This document shows positions 18,017-30,400 of a stretch of 64,000 nt of DNA, in pieces. Under the pieces are notes generated by a model. The model searched no databases, had not been told where the DNA came from, and saw only the letters and a program-made list of their open reading frames with translations. Numbering within the stretch: position 1 is the first letter of the stretch; each line of letters starts with the position of its first letter. The stretch is from an uncultured virus (IMG/VR IMGVR_UViG_3300001580_000018) (lineage: Duplodnaviria; Heunggongvirae; Uroviricota; Caudoviricetes). Location: positions 1 to 64,000 of IMG/VR virus record IMGVR_UViG_3300001580_000018, one strand, 5' to 3'. The position numbers and the translations under genes were made by a program.

Positions 18017-21000
18017 ATGGCCTTGACACCCTATAACATCGAACAAGATCTTGCTGGTGCGGTCCGAGCGTTAAACAATGCACGGTCAGCATTGGCACGA
18101 ACCACGGATCCGGCTGATCGAGCCGAGCTTGAAAAATTCATAAGCGACACTGAAGAATACATCCGACAACTCAATGCGCAGCTTTCGGCTATCCGACGCG
18201 AAAGTGTGGGCGAGACAGCCAAGGAAGATCAAGCTGCCAATGCCGAAGGCGCTAATGTACAATCACCGTCTACGGCTCCATTGGTACAAAACCCCGATGG
18301 CACAGTCAGCGTGATCCGCAGAGCCGAGCCCACAAACGCACAACCTTTCCGCTCCGCTCTAGATATCGGACTGGATGCGGCTACTAAAAAAGCACAGCAG
18401 ATACAGTCGTATCAGAATCTGGCCTTCCCGGGTCCAATAACACCAAATTCCGGTGCAGGAAATCCCGGTGCCAACGCCGCTACCACAGGAGTGGCCGCCG
18501 GAGATGATGGACAAGGGGATAATTCCACTCGCACTCTGTTGAGAGAAATATTTGGACAGACTGGGCAACTGCAGGCAGCGCCGAACATACTAGATCAATA
18601 TGCCAGCTATACCTACAGCATATCGATCTATCTCATGAGCCCCAATCAGTATAGATATCAGCTGCTGAGCAAGAAGAAAAATCTCGCTGGGTATTCATTG
18701 CTTATCCAGAGTGCCGGCGCACCCAATACCAACCCTAATCCAGTGTCTGTGGATCCACAAGAAATCCAACAAGATCAAGACGGCATTTCATCTACCGGTG
18801 CGGCCCGTCGCAATCTTGGCCGCAATCCTTATTTCAATCTCGATTACTACATCGACGATGTGAGATTGAAAAGCATCATCCAAGGCCGTGGCACAAGATC
18901 TGCGCATAATGTATTTGAGCTTTCTTTTAAAATCACTGAACCCAATGGCATCACTCTGATCGACAATTTATACAAGGCCGTGCAAGATCATCTGGCCCAG
19001 ACCGGTGAGATTAGCGGACGTGCGCCGATCAATTATGCCGCACAGAATTACCTCATGGTCATAAGATTCTATGGCTACGATCAATATGGTAACATGATCA
19101 CTCCTGGTAGGAACACAGGTACTACCACAGACGCCAACGCCGTTGTGGAGAAATGGATACCTTTCCAGTTTACCGGCATCAAGTTCCGCATCTCTAACAA
19201 TCTCACAGAATACGAGTGCTCGGCAGTGGGAATCCAGAATCTCGCATCAACACAACAGCGAAACAGCATACCTTACAATGTCGAGCTGACCGCCAGCACT
19301 CTCAAAGAATTATTATCTGGATCCCCCACATTTTCCAGCACAACTTCTGCGGCAGCGACCACAACTCCCCAGGCCGCAGAAGGTGTCACTGCTTCGGGGT
19401 TACCAAGAGAAGCTCGCGGTGTGACAGGAACATCAACTACACCAGCTGGCGCGACTCCCCCGGCACCGCCCAAGGCCAATGCTGCTCCCAAGACCAATAC
19501 TCCCAAAACATTGAGCAAAGGTCTGGTAGATGCTTTAAATCAATATCAGAAAAACAAACAAGACACCGGCGAGATCGAAGTCGCTGACGAGTACGAGATC
19601 ATATTCAAAGTACCAGAGATGGAGAATGCCAAGTTGTTGCCTGCTGGCCCAGTGGACAAGAAAAAACCTCCCATGATCCAGACCAACAATCCTCAGCAGG
19701 CCAAAGATGGTGCGAGGCAGAGCAACGATTTTACCAGCCAGAACAAAAGCATATTGGCCGGAACCACCATCATGCAATTCCTGGACCAGGTCCTGCGCAG
19801 CAGCAGCTACATCACAGATCAGCAGACACAGAAATGGAATGAAAAGAAAAAAGAATATGAGCCCAATGGTCAGGCCATACCCGAAACTGCTTGGTACACC
19901 ATCACTCTGCAGGCCTCCCCTATCAAGTATGACAACAAACGCGGAGACTACGCTTACAAGTTCACCTATCAGATCGCTCCATATCTGGTCACGGATCTCA
20001 AGAGCCAATATTTCCGACCTAGCAGCCCTTGGGTCCCTCCTAAAAAATACAATTATTGGTTCACTGGTCTCAATACCTCTGTGTTAAATTTCACGCAGGA
20101 ATACAATTTCTTATACTACACAGTACTCAGCGGACCCAACGCTCCAACAAAAACCCTCTACACTGATTATCGCACCATAGACAAATCAGCACCGCAGACA
20201 CGCAGCAACGAAAGCGATCAAGGACAGACCGGAAAAGTATTTGAAGCTCCAGCCAACGCTGCAGACAGCCTTTACAGTCCCAGCGATACCATACGCAGCA
20301 AGCTCACCATCATCGGAGATCCTGATTGGATACAGCAAGGAGATCTCTGGAGCGGAGTATCTGGTCCGGTGGGCGCAGGTTCTGGTGCCGATTTTGATAC
20401 CGTATTGCCAGATGGGTCTATCAATTATGAGACCAGAGAGCCCATCTATGAGATATTGTTTAACAAGCCTGTTGATTACAATCTCAATACCGGCCTCATG
20501 GATGTCACTGAAAAAAATGTCACAGTGAGAGGTGCAGATGGCAAGATGGTGTCAGAGGCACAGATCAGTTATGTGTATCGTGCTTTCACAGTGGACAGTG
20601 TTTTTAGCAAAGGTAGTTTTGTACAAGAACTCGAAGGGGCCCAGGTCCTTTTCCGAAAACCATCTCCAGACATGGAAGTAGAAGGAAGACCGCAGACATC
20701 GGCAGGTAATGTCGCTGCACAGACATCTCGAGCAGGTAATACAACTCCTTCAGTGGTCCGAGTCCCAACGACCGGCACTTTGCAAAACGCTCAGAACGCC
20801 ACAGATTGGTTCCGCGATTTTCGCGATGCCACTCCCACCGGTGCCCGCACCGACAGTCTTGCCGCACAATTAGCGGGCCAGAGCACAACACCGTCTCAGT
20901 TTTCTACCACATTGCCAGCATCAGCTGCGCAGCCGCCCACCAGCGGCGGAGAAACAGTGGGCATCACTCAGCCCGTGCCTTTCCGTGCTGTTCCCGCAGT

Positions 21001-21217
21001 ACCAGGGTCGTCGCCATTGGTGGGGACCTCAATAGAACTGACGCCCATACAGCGAGAAATAATTACTCTACGTTCGGAATTAGATCGTGCCCTGTCTCGC
21101 GGCGATTTCACTACCTCTACCAGTATAAATGCGCAAATAAAACAGCTAGAAGCAAGATTGACACAAGAAACACCAGCAGTACCAGTGGTGAGAATACAAG
21201 ACATAGTCAAGGATTAA
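18017..21217 (+). CDS. baseplate hub protein (gp27-like position)
   Basis: Lies between the gp53-like and gp5-like genes; contains FKITEPNG, LTIIGDP and F.Q.L motifs typical of hub proteins. Confidence 0.6.
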   Translation: MALTPYNIEQDLAGAVRALNNARSALARTTDPADRAELEKFISDTEEYIRQLNAQLSAIRRESVGETAKEDQAANAEGANVQSPSTAPLVQNPDGTVSVIRRAEPTNAQPFRSALDIGLDAATKKAQQIQSYQNLAFPGPITPNSGAGNPGANAATTGVAAGDDGQGDNSTRTLLREIFGQTGQLQAAPNILDQYASYTYSISIYLMSPNQYRYQLLSKKKNLAGYSLLIQSAGAPNTNPNPVSVDPQEIQQDQDGISSTGAARRNLGRNPYFNLDYYIDDVRLKSIIQGRGTRSAHNVFELSFKITEPNGITLIDNLYKAVQDHLAQTGEISGRAPINYAAQNYLMVIRFYGYDQYGNMITPGRNTGTTTDANAVVEKWIPFQFTGIKFRISNNLTEYECSAVGIQNLASTQQRNSIPYNVELTASTLKELLSGSPTFSSTTSAAATTTPQAAEGVTASGLPREARGVTGTSTTPAGATPPAPPKANAAPKTNTPKTLSKGLVDALNQYQKNKQDTGEIEVADEYEIIFKVPEMENAKLLPAGPVDKKKPPMIQTNNPQQAKDGARQSNDFTSQNKSILAGTTIMQFLDQVLRSSSYITDQQTQKWNEKKKEYEPNGQAIPETAWYTITLQASPIKYDNKRGDYAYKFTYQIAPYLVTDLKSQYFRPSSPWVPPKKYNYWFTGLNTSVLNFTQEYNFLYYTVLSGPNAPTKTLYTDYRTIDKSAPQTRSNESDQGQTGKVFEAPANAADSLYSPSDTIRSKLTIIGDPDWIQQGDLWSGVSGPVGAGSGADFDTVLPDGSINYETREPIYEILFNKPVDYNLNTGLMDVTEKNVTVRGADGKMVSEAQISYVYRAFTVDSVFSKGSFVQELEGAQVLFRKPSPDMEVEGRPQTSAGNVAAQTSRAGNTTPSVVRVPTTGTLQNAQNATDWFRDFRDATPTGARTDSLAAQLAGQSTTPSQFSTTLPASAAQPPTSGGETVGITQPVPFRAVPAVPGSSPLVGTSIELTPIQREIITLRSELDRALSRGDFTTSTSINAQIKQLEARLTQETPAVPVVRIQDIVKD

Positions 21218-21227
21218 AAGGTAAACA

Positions 21228-23552
21228 ATGGCAGATAATATACAACGCAGTCGAGGCCGTGGCCAAGGTTATAAATTTGATCGGGGCGGTACTCCTTCTG
21301 AGTTTGGTCCATTCATAGGTGTGGTGAGAAACAACATTGATCCCACCCGCAGTGGACGATTACAAGTTTATATCGAACAATTTGCCGGAGATGATCCTGA
21401 TGATGAAACTCTATGGCGCACTGTCAGTTATATCCCCCCATTTTATGGAACCACGAACCCAGACCCTAGACCTGATAGTGGTACAGGAACTTTCTCAGTA
21501 AACCTGCAAAGTTATGGCATGTGGTTCACCCCTCCGGATATCGGCACACAGGTGATTTGTTTCTTCGCCGGCGGCGATCCCAATCAAGGTTACTATACCG
21601 GATGTGTTCCTGTGCCCGGTATCAATCACATGGTACCTGCTATAGGTGCCAGTCGTCGTTATGAGCTAGATAACAGCGGTCAATCTCAATATCTTGATGA
21701 TGCAGATCGGTTGCCTGTGACAGAGATCAATGATGATAATCTGGCCATCGCAGAAGATCCTAGATTTTTTGACAAAGACAAACCGGTGCATAGCTATGTG
21801 GCTGCCATCATGCTGCAACAAGGTCTGATCACAGATCCCGTCCGCGGCCCAATCACATCCAATAGCCAGCGCGAAAGCCCGTCGGCAGTGTTTGGATTTT
21901 CTACTCCTGGTAAAGCCATATATCAAGGCGGCATTGACGAACGAGAGATCAAACGCCAGCTAGATCGCAACGAACTAAAACCTCAAGACATCCGTGTAAT
22001 AGCACGCCGCGGCGGCCACAGCTTGGTCATGGACGATGGCGACCTTGAAGGACGCGATACCCTGGTGCGTATCCGCACGGCCAAAGGACATCAAATCACC
22101 ATGAGTGACGATGGTGACTGTTTCTATATCATACACGCTAATGGCCAAACCTGGATTGAACTAGGCAAACAAGGCACGGTAGATGTTTTCTCTACCAACT
22201 CCGTAAACGTGCGCACGCAAGGTACTATCAATCTGCACGCCGACAAAGATATCAACATGTTTGCCGGCGGTGCCATTAATATGAAAAGCACCACCATGAA
22301 GTTTGAAGCCGACGCCAGCGTGGACATCATTGGCACAGGCAAGATGACTCTTTACAGCAAAAACTTGATTGGTATCAAAAGCGATGGTAGCCTGGCATTG
22401 AAAAACACATCCGCAGGATCATGGGACGGTGGCGCCAGCCTCAACCTCAAAGCTGGGTGTATAAATCTCAACTCTGGTGGTGCAGCGCCGGTAGAAACCC
22501 CCGTCAGCCTCCGGGACCTTAGCTTACCGGACACAGTGTTCAAACAAAATCAAGGGTGGGTAACAGAGTTTGGTAAACTCAAGACCATCGTGACACGTGC
22601 GCCCACGCACGAACCTTATCCCTATCACAATCAAGGAGTAGCATCTGTCACTGATTTAGGTGCACGATCCAGCAGCAGTCTTCTCTCCAGTGCTGCCAGT
22701 GTGTTAGGCAAGTTAGTGGATCTACCGGTCATAGGTGGCATCGATGCCTCTGCTTTCTTATCACAACCCTTGGCAGAGATCACCGTGGGATCATTGGACC
22801 CCACGCAAGTCACAGGACTGCTGGCCCAGGCCGCCGCCGATGTTGGCCAGGATTTTGATGTAATATCCTTGGACAAAGGCATAGGAAAATTTGGATTCAG
22901 TGCATCGCAGCTGGAAAGCGCAGGATTCCTTAAGCCCGGTACCTTGCAAAACTTCTTGCAGGATCCAGCCCGACTGGAAACAGTATTATCTAGTCCCAGC
23001 GTTTGGACAGGAAAATCGGGAGTCACGAATCTGGTTAACTTATTATCGGATCCTGGATTACAAGATATCATCCAAAACGAGATAATGGTCACTGCGTTGG
23101 ATGGACTGAAAGCCGTGGGCGTAGTCACCGGTAACGAAGCTCCCCGTGAGCTCGCTGGATTCGTCCAGACCGCTGCGAAGTTTGGTGTAGATAAAACCCT
23201 GCAATGGATCAGCGGTGCAGCGCCTGCAGATCTTGTTAGCACCATAAATTCCGTGGCCAAGAATGCTCAATACGCTGTGAACTTTGTGGATCAAAAAGCC
23301 GGAGAACTCATACCCGGAGGACTGCGTCTTGGTGGGTTCACTGGGACGGTACAACGAACCAGCGTGGATCAGGCCGTGGCACGAGTGATCGGAAATCCCA
23401 AGATTCCTACGCCAGATTTCACTACCGGACTCTACAACAACACTCCCAACAGTGATCTCACATACTCCGGTGACGATCCCATTGTACTCGAGCGCATTAA
23501 CGCTGAGAGGGCTCGCAGGGGGTTGCTGCCCTTGGGCGATTTACAGGCTTAA
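21228..23552 (+). CDS. baseplate central spike, gp5/VgrG-like
   Basis: OB-fold (GVVRNNIDPTRSGRLQVYI, YGMW..PPDIGTQVIC.F), beta-helix repeats (GHQITMSDD, IHANGQTWIEL) and PTHEPY. Confidence 0.85.
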   Translation: MADNIQRSRGRGQGYKFDRGGTPSEFGPFIGVVRNNIDPTRSGRLQVYIEQFAGDDPDDETLWRTVSYIPPFYGTTNPDPRPDSGTGTFSVNLQSYGMWFTPPDIGTQVICFFAGGDPNQGYYTGCVPVPGINHMVPAIGASRRYELDNSGQSQYLDDADRLPVTEINDDNLAIAEDPRFFDKDKPVHSYVAAIMLQQGLITDPVRGPITSNSQRESPSAVFGFSTPGKAIYQGGIDEREIKRQLDRNELKPQDIRVIARRGGHSLVMDDGDLEGRDTLVRIRTAKGHQITMSDDGDCFYIIHANGQTWIELGKQGTVDVFSTNSVNVRTQGTINLHADKDINMFAGGAINMKSTTMKFEADASVDIIGTGKMTLYSKNLIGIKSDGSLALKNTSAGSWDGGASLNLKAGCINLNSGGAAPVETPVSLRDLSLPDTVFKQNQGWVTEFGKLKTIVTRAPTHEPYPYHNQGVASVTDLGARSSSSLLSSAASVLGKLVDLPVIGGIDASAFLSQPLAEITVGSLDPTQVTGLLAQAAADVGQDFDVISLDKGIGKFGFSASQLESAGFLKPGTLQNFLQDPARLETVLSSPSVWTGKSGVTNLVNLLSDPGLQDIIQNEIMVTALDGLKAVGVVTGNEAPRELAGFVQTAAKFGVDKTLQWISGAAPADLVSTINSVAKNAQYAVNFVDQKAGELIPGGLRLGGFTGTVQRTSVDQAVARVIGNPKIPTPDFTTGLYNNTPNSDLTYSGDDPIVLERINAERARRGLLPLGDLQA

Positions 23553-23560
23553 ATAACATC

Positions 23561-23935
23561 ATGCCCACATTTATTGGATTCAATACCATCAATCAATACA
23601 AAAAGTTCACCCTCACGGACTTTGAATTGATCAAACGGGATCTGGCCAATGCATTTAATATCCAGCAAGGTGAGCTACCGGGTCGTCCCGAATATGGAAC
23701 CACCTTGTGGAGTTTTATTTTTGAAAATCAGCTTGAACTCACGCAAGCGCAGATCCTCGACGAAGTACGGCGCATAGTCGCCCTGGATCCCAGAGTAGCT
23801 GTTATAGACGTCTCGGTGTATCCACAAGACAACGGTATGTTGATTGAATTACAACTACAGACTGTGTCCAGCGCCGATGCGCAGTTGCTGGCTTTGTTTT
23901 TTGATCAGACAGCCCAGCGGGCCACCATCGTCTAA
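23561..23935 (+). CDS. baseplate wedge protein, gp25-like
   Basis: LIKRDL.N.F....GE....PEYGT.LW..IFE...DPRV. Confidence 0.9.
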   Translation: MPTFIGFNTINQYKKFTLTDFELIKRDLANAFNIQQGELPGRPEYGTTLWSFIFENQLELTQAQILDEVRRIVALDPRVAVIDVSVYPQDNGMLIELQLQTVSSADAQLLALFFDQTAQRATIV

Positions 23936-23981
23936 AACTACCCAGTTTTTGCGCACCATAAATACTCTATAATGGTGAGCC

Positions 23982-26900
23982 ATGATGCCTAAGACCACGA
24001 GACAAACAGCGATTTTTGGTGTAGAAGACTGGAAAAGATTCTATCAAACCTATCGCGAAGCCGATTTCCAGAGCTACGATTTTGAGACTCTACGCAAGAG
24101 TTTCGTAGATTATCTGCGCCTGTATTATCCAGAAACTTTCAACGACTACATTGAAAGTTCGGAATTTATCGCATTGCTAGACGTCATGGCGTTCATGGGA
24201 CAGGCCCTGGCTTTCCGCAATGATTTAAATGCACGCGAAAATTTTCTAGACACAGCCGAGCGCCGAGATTCGGTGGTGCGCTTGGCCAACTTGATATCAT
24301 ATACACCCAAACGCAATCAAGCGGCCCAGGGATTCCTCAAAGTATTTTCAGTTTCTACCACAGAAAATATCACAGATTACAATGGCATCAATCTATCAAA
24401 TGTCACTGTGGATTGGAACGATCCCACTAATCCCAACTGGTTAGAGCAGTTCACGCAGATCATCAACGCCGCACTGGTTGATAGCCAAAAGTTTGGCCGC
24501 CCTGCCAACCGTCAGGATATCTTGGGCATAGAAACCAGCGAATATGCGGTGAATCTCGTTCCAGGATTCCTGCCGGTGATCCCTTATACAGCATCGGTGG
24601 ATGGTATGACCATGCCGTTTGAAGCCACATCTTCTACCAGCCTGGGACGAGATTATGTCTACGAACCGGCACCGAGACCGTCAGGACTGTTCAACATACT
24701 CTACCGTAATGATCGGTTGGGTTTTGGATCCGACAACACCGGATTCTTTTTCTTGTTCAAGCAAGGTGTGCTGCAGAACCAAGATTTCAATCTTGCAGAA
24801 GCTGTGCCTAATCGCACAGTCAACATCAACATCGAGGGTTGCAACAACGAAGATCATTGGTTGTATAAACTCGATGATATAGGTAGCATAGAAAGCGAGT
24901 GGAAGTATGTGGAGAGCATCTATGCTGCTGCTGTGGAACAACTGGCACCCGACCAGCGCAAACTTTACAGCATCACTAGCCGCGCCAACGATCAGATCAC
25001 GCTGACTTTTGGTGATGGTGTGTTTGCCGAGACCCCGGTGGGTTTCTTCCGCGCCTATGTGCGAGCATCTAATGGACTGGAATACATCGTCAATCCCGAA
25101 GAGATGCAGGCCATCACTTTGCCGGTCAGCTATGTGAGCCGTTTTGGACGGGTCGAAACCATTACATTTACTTGCGGTATCACCGAGCCGATCAGCAATG
25201 CCGAAGCACGGGAGACCATCGAAGAGATCAAACAGCGTGCTCCTGCTCGCTACTACACACAAAATCGCATGGTCAACGGCGAGGACTACAACAACTTTCC
25301 GTTCACCAGATACAACTCTATCATCAAATCGAAGGCAGTGGCACGCAGTTCCGTTGGCACCAGTAGATATATAGATCTCACTGACATCACCGGAAAATAC
25401 TCCAGTACTAATATATTCTCTTCCGACGGTGTTTTGTATCGTCAGAATGTGTTGCCTAGTTTTGAATTTGATTGGATCAATCGCAACGAAATCGTTGATG
25501 TGTTAGTTAATAGTGTGGAACCTCTCTTGACCAGCCGGTCGCTAACACAGTTTTACTATCAAAATTATCGTTCCAGTCCTTATCGTCCAGATCTAAAGAT
25601 CATCAATCTATCTTGGCAACAAAGCACACGTCTGGTCAATGAAACTACTGGATTTTTCTATTCCGGATCGCCAACCTCTCCGCAACCGTTGGGCATTTAT
25701 AGCAGTAACAATGCCAAATATATCACACAAGGCAGCTTGGTCAAGTTTGAGCCTCCTGCGGGATTTTTCTTTGACGCACAGAATCGTTTAGTGGCCGGTG
25801 TCCCTACAAGAGCCGATGAAAAAATGGTGATATGGGCCACCATATCAGCAGTGGTTCTAGACGGTACCAACAACGGGCTTGGAAACTTGCCTGACGGATC
25901 CGGTCCTGTGGCCCTTAATAATTTTGTCCCGGCCGGCGCCGAAGCCAAGCAAGTTATACCTAAATTTGTCACGGATCTTCCTGCGGCCCTGGAACAAAGC
26001 ATCATACAACAAATCGAATTATTCCGTAATTTTGGATTGGGATATGATAACATTGGCAGGGTCACCGGCACACCCGGAACCTGGTATCTCATCACTTCTA
26101 CCAATCTGGCAGCAGATTCCGAATTCAGTTTAATCAATGCTGGTAACACTACCGGAGCCAATCTTGACGCTTCTTGGCTGATACAATTCGTGACCAACGG
26201 TGATAGCTATGTGGTCACTTCTCGTGGTCTTGATTATTATTTTGCCAGCGTGATACAGACTAGATTCACATTTGATGGACTAGAAGAAGTCTATGACAGC
26301 AAAACTGGCCGAGTGATCAATGATTTTATCAAGATACTCAAGACTAATAGTCGTCCCGATAGCAGCGAACCATTGCCGGGAGATGTCACGGTGGATATTA
26401 TCGCGCAGCCTGTGGAAAGCGATGGATATGTCAATGACTATCAGGTAGTGGTCAGTTATACCGATAGTGATGCCGATGGCATTGCCGACGATCCTGATTT
26501 CTTTGATAGCTTGGTGGCACCATCGATAAATTCGCCAAGCAAATTGGTATTTTTCCAGAAAACCACAGATTTTGACGACCTTGAACGTTATCTACCAGTG
26601 GCGTCTGGTGTGATCAATTCTCTCTACGCTACCAAAGATTCCATTGAATTGGTCAAGGCTGAATATCCCAGCGGACAGATTTTTTACGCTACCACCGAGA
26701 CTAAATTTTATGAATTGACTGTGACATTGGTCAATGGAGTGATCAATCGTGTGTTGACTGAAAGAACAGATTTTATTACCCGGGTTGGTCGACAAGATCT
26801 TTATTTCCAGTACAGACATAATAGCCCGCTGACAAACGTGATAGATCCGGGCATTACCAACATCATTGATGTATATGTGGTCACACAAGGTTATTATACC

Positions 26901-27470
26901 GCTTATCAAAATTATATTAAAGATACCACAGGAACAGTTCCAGAACCACAACGGCCAACAATCGCAGAACTCAGTACAGCATATTCTGCATTAAATGATT
27001 ATAAGATGATCTCGGACAATCTTGTATTGAACAGCGTGACATTCAAACCATTGTTTGGAGCCAAGGCCGCGCCAGAACTGCGTGCGACAATCAAAGTGGT
27101 GCGCGAACCTCGCAGCACAGCGTCGATATCTGAGATCAAGAGCCAAGTGGTCGCTAACATGAATGCCTATTTTACCATAGATAAATGGGATTTTGGTGAT
27201 AGCTTTTTCTTCTCTGAACTGGCTGCTTATCTCCATGAAAGAATGGGATCGATAATATCTTCTGTAGTACTGGTACCATTGAATCCTCTTAAAACATTCG
27301 GTGATCTTTACGAGATACGTTCTGCACCCAATGAGATTTTCGTCAATGGTGCCACGGTAGCAGATGTTGAAGTGATTGACGCATTGACACAAAGCAACAT
27401 ACGTAGCCAGACTTCGGTAACTGGTTTGTATCCTACACAAAACACACTCAGTCAGACAGGTGAATATTGA
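23982..27470 (+). CDS. baseplate wedge protein, gp6-like
   Basis: DFETLRKS, ENFLDTAERRDSV.RLA..ISY.PKR, FGDG.F, ETIEEIK.RAP..Y.TQNRMV..EDY. Confidence 0.9.
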   Translation: MMPKTTRQTAIFGVEDWKRFYQTYREADFQSYDFETLRKSFVDYLRLYYPETFNDYIESSEFIALLDVMAFMGQALAFRNDLNARENFLDTAERRDSVVRLANLISYTPKRNQAAQGFLKVFSVSTTENITDYNGINLSNVTVDWNDPTNPNWLEQFTQIINAALVDSQKFGRPANRQDILGIETSEYAVNLVPGFLPVIPYTASVDGMTMPFEATSSTSLGRDYVYEPAPRPSGLFNILYRNDRLGFGSDNTGFFFLFKQGVLQNQDFNLAEAVPNRTVNINIEGCNNEDHWLYKLDDIGSIESEWKYVESIYAAAVEQLAPDQRKLYSITSRANDQITLTFGDGVFAETPVGFFRAYVRASNGLEYIVNPEEMQAITLPVSYVSRFGRVETITFTCGITEPISNAEARETIEEIKQRAPARYYTQNRMVNGEDYNNFPFTRYNSIIKSKAVARSSVGTSRYIDLTDITGKYSSTNIFSSDGVLYRQNVLPSFEFDWINRNEIVDVLVNSVEPLLTSRSLTQFYYQNYRSSPYRPDLKIINLSWQQSTRLVNETTGFFYSGSPTSPQPLGIYSSNNAKYITQGSLVKFEPPAGFFFDAQNRLVAGVPTRADEKMVIWATISAVVLDGTNNGLGNLPDGSGPVALNNFVPAGAEAKQVIPKFVTDLPAALEQSIIQQIELFRNFGLGYDNIGRVTGTPGTWYLITSTNLAADSEFSLINAGNTTGANLDASWLIQFVTNGDSYVVTSRGLDYYFASVIQTRFTFDGLEEVYDSKTGRVINDFIKILKTNSRPDSSEPLPGDVTVDIIAQPVESDGYVNDYQVVVSYTDSDADGIADDPDFFDSLVAPSINSPSKLVFFQKTTDFDDLERYLPVASGVINSLYATKDSIELVKAEYPSGQIFYATTETKFYELTVTLVNGVINRVLTERTDFITRVGRQDLYFQYRHNSPLTNVIDPGITNIIDVYVVTQGYYTAYQNYIKDTTGTVPEPQRPTIAELSTAYSALNDYKMISDNLVLNSVTFKPLFGAKAAPELRATIKVVREPRSTASISEIKSQVVANMNAYFTIDKWDFGDSFFFSELAAYLHERMGSIISSVVLVPLNPLKTFGDLYEIRSAPNEIFVNGATVADVEVIDALTQSNIRSQTSVTGLYPTQNTLSQTGEY

Positions 27471-30400
27471 TGGCCAGCCGACGTAGAACCGTAGATTTAT
27501 TACCACAAATTTTCCGCACAGAAACCAATCAACAGTTTCTGGCAGCCACACTCGATCAGCTCACACAAGAACCATCTTTGGTCAAAACACAAGGATATGT
27601 GGGTCGTCGCGTGGGCCCTGGTGTCAATCCTGCAGATAATTATGTAGTAGAACCTACTGCTTCTCGTAGTGACTATCAACTTGAGCCTGGCGTAGTATTT
27701 TTTAAACCAGAAACCACCACCCCAGAAGATGCCATCACGCATCCAGGCATGATTGATGCTTTGGATCTACAAGGCGCCAACACCACACGTCAAGATAGAC
27801 TGTTCCAGAGCCAGTATTATGTCTGGGATCCATTCTGCGATCTTGACAAGTTTACCAATTACAGCCAATATTATTGGTTACCCGAGGGCCCTGAAGCAGT
27901 AGACGTCAACGCCACAGATGTGCCTTTGACGGATAATTGGAATGTCACACGAACCAATTCTGGATATCAACTATCAGGGGAAGCAGGAAATAATCCTACC
28001 ATTACACTGGTACGCGGCGGATCTTATACGTTCCAAATATCTCAAGGCGGTGGCGCTAGATTTTGGATTCAGTCCAACCCCGGGGTCGATGGCCGATTGC
28101 CCAGTGCTCCTAACATCTCTAGCCGAGACGTCCTAGGGGTCATCAACAACGGTGCAGATGCTGGAACTATTACTTTCAACGTACCATCAAAAACAGCGCA
28201 GGATTTCTTTTATACTCTTGTTCCCATTGGTGTGATTCCCGGCCGTGCGCCCAATACTGCAGGTACAGTAGATCTCATCACTGATCTCAAATTCAATGAG
28301 ATCAACAATGTCTATGTGGATGAGTTTTTAAGATTAAATCCGCTGGGAATCGACGGAATCACTAATTTAAAAGATCGTACACTGGTATTCACTAATCGCA
28401 TCGCAGATTCCCAGGACGGCGGCTGGCAAATAAACACGCAATTTGATCCATTGTTGAAGTCCCCAACCAACAATGGACGTCCTGGTAGTTTTGACACCAC
28501 CACGTTTGATGAAACCATCGACATAGTCGATCCCAACACCCGTTACGGAGTGTGGCAGATACGTTATATCAATGACGATACTGGCAATCCGTATATGCGT
28601 CTGGATCCGGTGTTGAGTGTCAATTTACTGGAAAAATGGAGAGTGTTGTTTGGTAACCAATGGAGCAATACTCAGTGGTATCGCAACGCATCGGGATTTC
28701 CTGAAAAGATTCCTCTTTTGACTGCGGCCTTGGATGAACTATGGTATCAGGACAGTCTGAATCCAGAATTATTTGGTCGCATACGCCTAGTAGATTCTGC
28801 CGGACTAAATCCTGTGCGTATCGACGAGATCATTGGTGCAAAAAATTACACCAGCCCCAACGGAGTGGTGTTCACCAATGGATTAAAAGTACAATTCCGA
28901 GGATTCACTGAACCGGCTGAGTTCCAAGATCAAGAATATTATGTTGAAGGAGTCGGCACCGGGTTTGGTGTTGATGCCAGAGTGGGATTCGTTGATGGAG
29001 AAGCATATTTTGGACCCTGGCATCTTTTTGACAACCAGAGACTGACCGGTGCGATCCACAGTGAAACTGAATTCCAACAATACATCTATGATACTGTAGC
29101 AGAAAGTTTGGCCAATCGGGGAGCAGGATATCCTGAAAATGCGCCTTTGCCTTCAGAAGGAGTTCTAGGAGCCACGTCGGGCAATGGCATACGTTTAATA
29201 CCGGTGCGAGAATTAGTTACCCCCGAAACATATACCGAAAGCCTGTCAGAACCCTATGACTCATTGCCTTACGATTTTGGAAACTATGATGGCACATTAA
29301 ACGCTCCGTTGGTACCAGATTATATCACGATTAATCGTGCCAGCCGAGATCGCAATGCCTGGAGTCGGAGCAATCGTTGGTTCCACGTGGACGTTATCCG
29401 GTACGCCGCCGAATTAAACAACACCATACCAGTGTTTGATAACTCTCAGCGGGGTAAGCGTCCTATCATTGAATTTCGACCTGATCTAAGATTATTTAAT
29501 TTTGGAACAGAAGCCAAGTTACCAGTCAACATAATCGACTTTGCTGCCACAGATGCTTTTAGTAACATCAACGGACAGCTAGGATACAGCATCGACGGTT
29601 ATACATTCATTGACGGCAGTCGAGTGATTTTCGCAGGAGACCGAGATCCAGATGTGCGCAATCGTGTCTATGAGGTCAGTTTTATTGATCCCGACGGCGA
29701 TCCAGGTTCAGCGAAAATCATCAATCTCACGCCAATCTTTGATGCCCGTGCGCTGATCGATCAAACCGTGGTGTGCCTCAGTGGCAATACACAACAAGGT
29801 AAAAGTTATTGGTTTAACGGATCTGATTGGGTGTTGGCACAGCAAAAAATTGGTGTGAATCAAGCACCGTTGTTTGATGTTTACGATGCCAATGGCATCA
29901 GTTTCAGCGATCTTTCAGTGTATCCCAGCTCAACTTTTGCTGGTAGTCGTTTGTTTGGGTACGCAGCCGGGGGAACCGGAAGGTCAGATGATGTTTTAGG
30001 ATTCGCATTGAAATACCTTAACATCAACAACGTGGGTGATATCGTTTTTGAAAATTATCTCTACACAGATACATTCTTGTATGTAAGAAACAGCGTGAGT
30101 TCGCAAGAGAGTATCGGCACAGGATTTGTAAGACAATATCTGGATCGGACATTGTTTAGCCGCGAGATTGGCTGGCAAGATTCTATAGTAGAAAATCGCA
30201 GCCGCCAGGTATTTCGTTTCATATACGACGGAAGCCCGTTGATCCTAGATGTACCGGTTGATCTCGATTCGCCGTCTGCACCTGTGCAGATATTCCAAGG
30301 CACAGAATATATCAATCCAGATCAGTACACCACAGAAGTCAACGGTAACAATACGATCATCACCCTCAACGGCGGTGCCAACATTGGTACAGTATTGGAA

